Below are positions 1 through 4,434 of a DNA stretch of 4,434 nt, piece by piece. The DNA is from a virus (lineage: Duplodnaviria; Heunggongvirae; Uroviricota; Caudoviricetes): the IMG/VR virus record IMGVR_UViG_2541047689_000001; one strand, written 5' to 3'. Made by a program: the position numbers and the translations under genes. Under the pieces are notes generated by a model that was not told where the DNA came from, searched no databases, and saw only the letters and a list, made by a program, of their open reading frames with translations. The number at the start of each line of letters is the position of its first letter. The stretch's first letter is position 1.

Positions 1-384
1 GCTGCGGCGAAATTCCATTTTGCAACCGGAGGATTTACGGGAACCGGCGGCAAATATGAGCCAGCGGGGATTGTTCACCGTGGTGAGTTTGTCTTTACGA
101 AGGAGGCAACCAGCCGGATTGGCGTGGGGAATCTTTACCGGCTGATGCGCGGCTATGCCACCGGCGGTTATGTCGGTACACCGGGCAGCATGGCAGACAG
201 CCGGTCGCAGGCGTCCGGGACGTTTGAGCAGAATAACCATGTGGTGATTAACAACGACGGCACGAACGGGCAGATAGGTCCGGCTGCTCTGAAGGCGGTG
301 TATGACATGGCCCGCAAGGGTGCCCGTGATGAAATTCAGACACAGATGCGTGATGGTGGCCTGTTCTCCGGAGGTGGACGATGA
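1..384 (+). CDS. H: Tail tape measure protein, C-terminal 127 codons; 5' end of the gene lies upstream of the window
   Basis: Frame 1 is open from base 1 to the TGA at 382-384. The translation (AAKFHFATGGFTGTGG ... MRDGGLFSGGGR) is recognised as the C-terminus of lambda gpH. The stop overlaps the M start (ATGA at 381-384), as in lambda. The track entry 124..384 is only the part after an internal Met. Confidence 0.9.
   Translation, partial: AAAKFHFATGGFTGTGGKYEPAGIVHRGEFVFTKEATSRIGVGNLYRLMRGYATGGYVGTPGSMADSRSQASGTFEQNNHVVINNDGTNGQIGPAALKAVYDMARKGARDEIQTQMRDGGLFSGGGR
370..374 (+). promoter_or_regulatory. Shine-Dalgarno (GGAGG) for M, 6 nt upstream of ATG 381
   Basis: GGAGG is seen directly at 370-374, embedded in the last codons of H. 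Confidence 0.55.
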
Positions 385-710
385 AGACCTTCCGCTGGAA
401 AGTGAAACCCGGTATGGATGTGGCTTCGGTCCCTTCTGTAAGAAAGGTGCGCTTTGGTGATGGCTATTCCCAGCGAGCGCCTGCCGGGCTGAATGCCAAC
501 CTGAAAACGTACAGCGTGACGCTTTCTGTCCCCCGTGAGGAGGCCACGGTACTGGAGTCGTTTCTGGAAGAGCACGGGGGCTGGAAATCCTTTCTGTGGA
601 CGCCGCCTTATGAGTGGCGGCAGATAAAGGTGACCTGCGCAAAATGGTCGTCGCGGGTCAGTATGCTGCGTGTTGAGTTCAGCGCAGAGTTTGAACAGGT
701 GGTGAACTGA
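381..710 (+). CDS. M: Minor tail protein M (109 aa)
   Basis: Complete ORF with ATG at 381 and TGA at 708-710. The translation (MKTFRWKVKPGMDVASVPSVRKVRFGDGYSQRAPAGL ...) is recognised as lambda gpM. It is translationally coupled to H and to L. Confidence 0.93.
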   Translation: MKTFRWKVKPGMDVASVPSVRKVRFGDGYSQRAPAGLNANLKTYSVTLSVPREEATVLESFLEEHGGWKSFLWTPPYEWRQIKVTCAKWSSRVSMLRVEFSAEFEQVVN

Positions 711-1408
711 TGCAGGATATCCGGCAGGAAACACTGAATGAATGCACCCGTGCGGAGCAGTCGGCCAGCGTGGTGCTCTGGGAAATCGACCTGACAGAGG
801 TCGGTGGAGAACGTTATTTTTTCTGTAATGAGCAGAACGAAAAAGGTGAGCCGGTCACCTGGCAGGGGCGACAGTATCAGCCGTATCCCATTCAGGGGAG
901 CGGTTTTGAACTGAATGGCAAAGGCACCAGTACGCGCCCCACGCTGACGGTTTCTAACCTGTACGGTATGGTCACCGGGATGGCGGAAGATCTGCAGAGT
1001 CTGGTCGGCGGAACGGTGGTCCGGCGTAAGGTTTACGCCCGTTTTCTGGATGCGGTGAACTTCGTCAACGGAAACAGTGACGCCGATCCGGAGCAGGAGG
1101 TAATCAGCCGCTGGCGCATCGAGCAGTGCAGCGAACTGAGCGCGGTGAGTGCCTCCTTTGTACTGTCCACGCCGACGGAAACGGATGGCGCTGTTTTTCC
1201 GGGACGTATCATGCTGGCCAACACCTGCACCTGGACCTATCGCGGTGACGAGTGCGGTTATAGCGGTCCGGCTGTCGCGGATGAATATGACCAGCCGACG
1301 TCCGATATCACGAAGGATAAATGCAGCAAATGCCTGAGCGGCTGTAAGTTTCGCAATAACGTCGGCAACTTTGGCGGCTTCCTTTCCATTAACAAACTTT
1401 CGCAGTAA
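710..1408 (+). CDS. L: Tail tip protein L (232 aa), with a C-terminal cysteine cluster
   Basis: Complete ORF with ATG at 710 (overlapping the M stop, TGATG) and TAA at 1406-1408. The translation (MQDIRQETLNECTRAEQSASVVLWEIDLTEVGGERYFF ...) is recognised as lambda gpL. An AGGTGG Shine-Dalgarno-like sequence sits at 697-702. The C-terminal 60 residues carry cysteines at C173, C182, C205, C208 and C212. Confidence 0.93.
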   Translation: MQDIRQETLNECTRAEQSASVVLWEIDLTEVGGERYFFCNEQNEKGEPVTWQGRQYQPYPIQGSGFELNGKGTSTRPTLTVSNLYGMVTGMAEDLQSLVGGTVVRRKVYARFLDAVNFVNGNSDADPEQEVISRWRIEQCSELSAVSASFVLSTPTETDGAVFPGRIMLANTCTWTYRGDECGYSGPAVADEYDQPTSDITKDKCSKCLSGCKFRNNVGNFGGFLSINKLSQ

Positions 1409-1412
1409 TCCC

Positions 1413-2156
1413 ATGACACAGACAGAATCAGCGATTCTGGCGCACGCCCGGCGATGTGCGCCAGCGGAGTCGTGCGGCTTCGTGGTGAGAACGCCGGAGG
1501 GGGAAAGATATTTTCCCGGCGTGAATATTTCCGGTGAGCCGGAGGCGTATTTCCGTATGTCGCCGGAGGACTGGCTGCGGGCAGAGATGCAGGGTGAGAT
1601 TGTGGCGCTGGTCCACAGCCACCCCGGTGGTCTGCCCTGGCTGAGTGAGGCCGACCGGCGGCTGCAGGTGCAGAGTGATTTGCCGTGGTGGCTGGTCTGC
1701 CGGGGTGAGATTCATAAGTTCCGCTGTGTGCCGCATCTTACCGGGCGGCGCTTTGAGCACGGGGTGACGGACTGTTACACGCTGTTCCGGGATGCTTATC
1801 ATCTGGCGGGGATTGAGATGCCGGATTTTCATCGCGGGGATGACTGGTGGCGTCACGGTCAGAATCTCTATCTGGATAATCTGGAGGCCACAGGGCTGTA
1901 TCAGGTGCCGTTGTCAGCGGCGCAGCCGGGCGATGTGCTGCTGTGCTGTTTTGGTTCATCGGTGCCGAATCATGCCGCCATTTACTGCGGCGACGGCGAG
2001 CTGCTGCACCATATTCCTGAACAACTGAGCAAACGAGAGAGGTATACCGACAAATGGCAGCGACGCACACACTCCCTCTGGCGTCACCGGGCATGGCACG
2101 CATCTGCCTTTACGGGGATTTACAACGATTTGGCCGCCGCATCGACCTTCGTGTGA
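1413..2156 (+). CDS. K: Tail assembly protein K (247 aa from ATG 1413), with JAB/MPN metalloprotease and NlpC/P60 cysteine peptidase motifs
   Basis: The frame is open from the TTG at 1371 (the track start) to the TGA at 2154-2156. The first ATG is at 1413, 5 nt after the L stop. A canonical JAMM motif H68-x-H70-x7-S78-x2-D81 (VHSHPGGLPWLSEAD, nt 1614-1655) is seen directly, with an upstream Glu at E20. An NlpC/P60-like Cys (VTDCY, C121) and His (NHAAIY, H187) follow. The start is uncertain: an internal ATG at 1557 (M49) is preceded by GGAGG at 1541-1545. Confidence 0.85.
   Translation: MTQTESAILAHARRCAPAESCGFVVRTPEGERYFPGVNISGEPEAYFRMSPEDWLRAEMQGEIVALVHSHPGGLPWLSEADRRLQVQSDLPWWLVCRGEIHKFRCVPHLTGRRFEHGVTDCYTLFRDAYHLAGIEMPDFHRGDDWWRHGQNLYLDNLEATGLYQVPLSAAQPGDVLLCCFGSSVPNHAAIYCGDGELLHHIPEQLSKRERYTDKWQRRTHSLWRHRAWHASAFTGIYNDLAAASTFV
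1541..1545 (+). promoter_or_regulatory. Internal Shine-Dalgarno-like GGAGG, 11 nt upstream of the in-frame ATG 1557 inside K
   Basis: GGAGG is seen at 1541-1545. It could drive internal initiation of a shorter K form, or it could simply be the Gly-Gly-encoding sequence it lies in. Confidence 0.3.
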
Positions 2157-2695
2157 AAACGGGGGCTGAAGCCATCCGGGCGCTGGCCACACAGCTCCCG
2201 GCGTTTCGTCAGAAACTGAGCGACGGCTGGTATCAGGTACGGATTGCCGGGCGTGATACAGGTGAAACGGAATTATCAGCCCGTCTTAATGAACCGCTGG
2301 CAAATGGTGCTGTGATCCATATCGTGCCGCGTCTGGCAGGAGCCAAAAGTGGCGGTGTGTTTCAGGCTGTGCTGGGGGCGGCTGTTATGGCGGTTGCTAT
2401 ATGGATGCCGGGGGTAGGAATTATGGCGAGTAATCTGCTGTTTTCTCTCGGTGCCAGTATGACGCTTGGCGGTGTTGCACAGATGCTGGCCCCTAAACCC
2501 AGAACCCCCCGCACACAGACAACGGATAACGGCAAACAGAACACCTATTTTTCTTCACTGGATAATATGGTTGCCCAGGGCAATGTTCTGCCCGTTCTGT
2601 ACGGTGAAATGCGCGTGGGATCACGTGTGGTATCTCAGGAGATCAGCACAGCAGATGAAGGTGATGGTGGTCAGGTTGTGGTGATTGGTCGCTGA
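2054..2695 (+). CDS. I: Tail assembly protein I (213 aa): N-terminal ubiquitin-like region ending in Gly-Gly, a hydrophobic middle segment and a C-terminal domain
   Basis: Complete ORF with ATG at 2054 and TGA at 2693-2695. The translation (MAATHTLPLASPGMARICLYGDLQRFGRRIDLRVKTGAEAIRALA ... ; C-terminus NGKQNTYFSSLDNMVAQGNVLPVLYGEMRVGSRVVSQEISTADEGDGGQVVVIGR) is recognised as lambda gpI-like. It starts inside the 3' end of K in a different frame, with a 103-nt overlap. An AGAGG Shine-Dalgarno-like sequence sits at 2038-2042. Confidence 0.9.
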   Translation: MAATHTLPLASPGMARICLYGDLQRFGRRIDLRVKTGAEAIRALATQLPAFRQKLSDGWYQVRIAGRDTGETELSARLNEPLANGAVIHIVPRLAGAKSGGVFQAVLGAAVMAVAIWMPGVGIMASNLLFSLGASMTLGGVAQMLAPKPRTPRTQTTDNGKQNTYFSSLDNMVAQGNVLPVLYGEMRVGSRVVSQEISTADEGDGGQVVVIGR

Positions 2696-2713
2696 TGAAA
2701 AACGTTTTATGTG

Positions 2714-2740
2714 AAACCGCCTCCGGGCGGTTTTATCGTT
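2714..2740 (+). terminator. GC-rich hairpin followed by a U-rich tract in the I-J intergenic gap; possible weak intrinsic terminator or RNA stability/processing element
   Basis: A perfect 8-bp inverted repeat is seen: AAACCGCC (2714-2721), loop TCCG (2722-2725), GGCGGTTT (2726-2733), followed by TATCGTTTAT. The T-run is interrupted, so terminator strength is doubtful. Confidence 0.3.
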
Positions 2741-2743
2741 TAT

Positions 2744-2747
2744 GGAG
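2744..2747 (+). promoter_or_regulatory. Shine-Dalgarno (GGAG) for J, 8 nt upstream of ATG 2756
   Basis: GGAG is seen at 2744-2747 in TATGGAGCATGACGAATGGGT. Confidence 0.55.
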
Positions 2748-2755
2748 CATGACGA

Positions 2756-4434
2756 ATGGGTAAAGGCAGCAGTAAGGGGCATACCCCGCGCGAAGCGAAG
2801 GACAACCTGAAGTCCACGCAGATGCTGAGCGTGATAGACGCCATCAGTGAAGGGCCGGTTGAAGGTCCGGTGGATGGATTAAAAAGCGTGCTGCTGAACA
2901 GTACGCCAGTGCTGGACAGTGAGGGGAATACCAATATCTCCGGTGTCACGGTGGTTTTCCGGGCAGGTGAGCAGGAGCAGACACCGCCGGAGGGATTTGA
3001 ATCCTCCGGCTCCGAGACGGTGCTGGGTACGGAAGTGAAGTACGACACGCCGATTACCCGGACCATCACGTCTGCAAACATCGACCGTCTGCGCTTTACC
3101 TTCGGTGTACAGGCACTGGTGGAAACCACCTCAAAGGGGGACCGGAATCCGTCGGAAGTCCGCCTGCTGGTTCAGATACAGCGTAACGGTGGCTGGGTGA
3201 CGGAAAAAGACATCACCATTAAGGGCAAAACCACCTCGCAGTATCTGGCCTCGGTGGTGGTGGATAACCTGCCGCCGCGCCCGTTTAATATCCGGATGCG
3301 CAGGATGACGCCGGACAGCACCACAGACCAGCTGCAGAACAAAACGCTCTGGTCGTCATACACCGAAATCATCGATGTGAAACAGTGCTACCCGAACACG
3401 GCACTGGTCGGCGTGCAGGTGGACTCGGAACAGTTCGGCAGTCAGCAGGTGAGCCGTAATTATCATCTTCGCGGGCGCATTCTGCAGGTGCCGTCGAACT
3501 ATAACCCGCAGACGCGGCAATACAGCGGTATCTGGGACGGAACGTTTAAGCCGGCATACAGCAACAACATGGCCTGGTGTCTGTGGGATATGCTGACCCA
3601 TCCGCGCTACGGCATGGGGAAACGTCTTGGTGCGGCGGATGTGGATAAATGGGCGCTGTATGTCATCGGCCAGTACTGCGACCAGTCGGTGCCGGACGGC
3701 TTTGGCGGCACGGAGCCGCGCATCACCTGTAATGCCTGGCTGACCACGCAGCGTAAGGCGTGGGATGTGCTCAGTGATTTCTGCTCGGCGATGCGCTGTA
3801 TGCCGGTATGGAACGGGCAGACGCTGACGTTCGTGCAGGACCGACCATCAGATAAGGTGTGGACCTATAACCGCAGTAATGTGGTGATGCCGGATGATGG
3901 CGCGCCGTTCCGCTACAGCTTCAGCGCCCTGAAGGACCGCCATAATGCCGTTGAGGTGAACTGGATTGACCCGGATAACGGCTGGGAGACGGCGACAGAG
4001 CTCGTGGAGGATACGCAGGCCATTGCCCGTTACGGCCGTAACGTCACGAAGATGGATGCCTTTGGCTGTACCAGCCGGGGGCAGGCACACCGCGCCGGGC
4101 TGTGGCTGATTAAAACGGAGCTGCTGGAAACGCAGACCGTGGACTTCAGCGTGGGTGCTGAAGGGCTTCGCCATGTACCGGGGGATGTCATTGAAATCTG
4201 CGATGATGACTATGCCGGTATCAGCACCGGTGGTCGTGTGCTGGCGGTGAACAGCCAGACCCGGACGCTGACGCTCGACCGTGAAATCACGCTGCCATCC
4301 TCCGGTACCACGCTGATAAGCCTGGTTGACGGAAGTGGTAATCCGGTCAGCGTGGAGGTTCAGTCCGTCACCGACGGACTTAAGGTGAAAGTGAATCGGG
4401 TTCCTGACGGCGTTGCAGAATACAGTGTGTGGGG
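2756..4434 (+). CDS. J: Tail tip / central tail fibre host-specificity protein J, N-terminal ~559 codons; 3' end lies beyond the window
   Basis: ATG at 2756 and the frame stays open to the window edge (last full codon ends at 4432). The translation (MGKGSSKGHTPREAKDNLKSTQMLSVIDAISEGPVEGPVDGLKSVLLNSTPVLDSEGNTNISGVTVVFRAGEQEQTPPEGFESSG ...) is recognised as the lambda gpJ N-terminal region. It is missing from the ORF track because it has no stop in the window. Confidence 0.93.
   Translation, partial: MGKGSSKGHTPREAKDNLKSTQMLSVIDAISEGPVEGPVDGLKSVLLNSTPVLDSEGNTNISGVTVVFRAGEQEQTPPEGFESSGSETVLGTEVKYDTPITRTITSANIDRLRFTFGVQALVETTSKGDRNPSEVRLLVQIQRNGGWVTEKDITIKGKTTSQYLASVVVDNLPPRPFNIRMRRMTPDSTTDQLQNKTLWSSYTEIIDVKQCYPNTALVGVQVDSEQFGSQQVSRNYHLRGRILQVPSNYNPQTRQYSGIWDGTFKPAYSNNMAWCLWDMLTHPRYGMGKRLGAADVDKWALYVIGQYCDQSVPDGFGGTEPRITCNAWLTTQRKAWDVLSDFCSAMRCMPVWNGQTLTFVQDRPSDKVWTYNRSNVVMPDDGAPFRYSFSALKDRHNAVEVNWIDPDNGWETATELVEDTQAIARYGRNVTKMDAFGCTSRGQAHRAGLWLIKTELLETQTVDFSVGAEGLRHVPGDVIEICDDDYAGISTGGRVLAVNSQTRTLTLDREITLPSSGTTLISLVDGSGNPVSVEVQSVTDGLKVKVNRVPDGVAEYSVW

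Noticed and set aside
1-384. Programmed -1 frameshift site (the G/GT type of lambda)
   Set aside because: That slippery site lies upstream of the tape measure gene, outside this window. No comparable overlapping-frame arrangement with a slippery heptamer is evident here.
336-734. 132-aa reverse-strand ORF overlapping the H/M junction
   Set aside because: It is antisense to H and M and its translation is low-complexity (Arg/Pro-rich), typical of a spurious frame.
1371-1412. TTG at 1371 as the K start (the 261-aa track ORF)
   Set aside because: It would overlap the last 38 nt of L and has no Shine-Dalgarno sequence. ATG 1413, just after the L stop, is the simpler start. It cannot be fully excluded without homologue alignment.
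608-1414. 268-aa reverse-strand ORF antisense to the whole of L
   Set aside because: It lies exactly opposite a confidently identified + strand gene in GC-rich sequence, where long antisense open frames are common. I see no start context or recognisable protein features. Treated as a shadow ORF.
1428-2192. Reverse-strand ORFs 1428..1856, 1738..2103 and 1956..2192 opposite K and I
   Set aside because: All are antisense shadows of K and I, with Arg/Pro-rich translations and no recognisable domains.
1033-2684. Short ORFs from the track nested in alternative frames inside L, K and I (1033..1230 -, 1149..1337 +, 1792..2028 +, 2362..2544 -, 2466..2684 +)
   Set aside because: They are wholly inside recognised genes in another frame, with Cys/Arg-rich or otherwise implausible translations and no ribosome-binding sites.
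2696-2755. Possible sigma-70 promoter for J in the I-J gap
   Set aside because: I found no convincing -35/-10 pair with proper spacing. Lambda-type late genes are transcribed from a single upstream late promoter with antitermination, so an internal promoter is not needed.
2742-2809. Small upstream ORF (ATG 2742, frame 3) overlapping the J ribosome-binding site
   Set aside because: Its ATG sits next to the Shine-Dalgarno of J with no spacer, so it is unlikely to be initiated. Probably a chance ATG.
2740-4174. Reverse-strand ORFs 2740..3129, 3172..3372, 3356..3601 and 3848..4174 opposite J
   Set aside because: They sit inside the J coding region on the opposite strand. The continuous + strand J frame explains the whole region.
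1-4434. CRISPR arrays, tRNA or other RNA genes, insertion sequences, or a defence or moron cassette
   Set aside because: I saw no direct-repeat/spacer periodicity, no tRNA-like cloverleaf candidates, and no terminal inverted repeats. The window is filled almost end to end by the six tail genes.

Overview
This window is a canonical lambdoid siphophage tail-tip assembly module, all on the + strand, in the order H (3' end) - M - L - K - I - J (5' part). It is not a novel system. The reading frames are read directly from the sequence and the gene identities are from recognition of the phage lambda tail proteins; no alignment could be run. Genes are tightly packed: H/M and M/L share overlapping stop/start codons, K starts 5 nt after L, and K and I overlap by 103 nt out of frame. 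The only real intergenic gap is 60 nt between I and J, and it contains a GC-rich hairpin. J runs off the 3' edge and does not appear in the ORF track because it has no stop in the window. I found no RNA genes, CRISPR arrays, insertion sequences or large repeats. The most interesting points are the start codon of K (the longer form is needed for a complete JAB/MPN motif), a ubiquitin-like/Gly-Gly architecture in I paired with the two peptidase motifs in K, the cysteine cluster in L, and the hairpin before J. All reverse-strand ORFs in the track look like shadows of the + strand genes.
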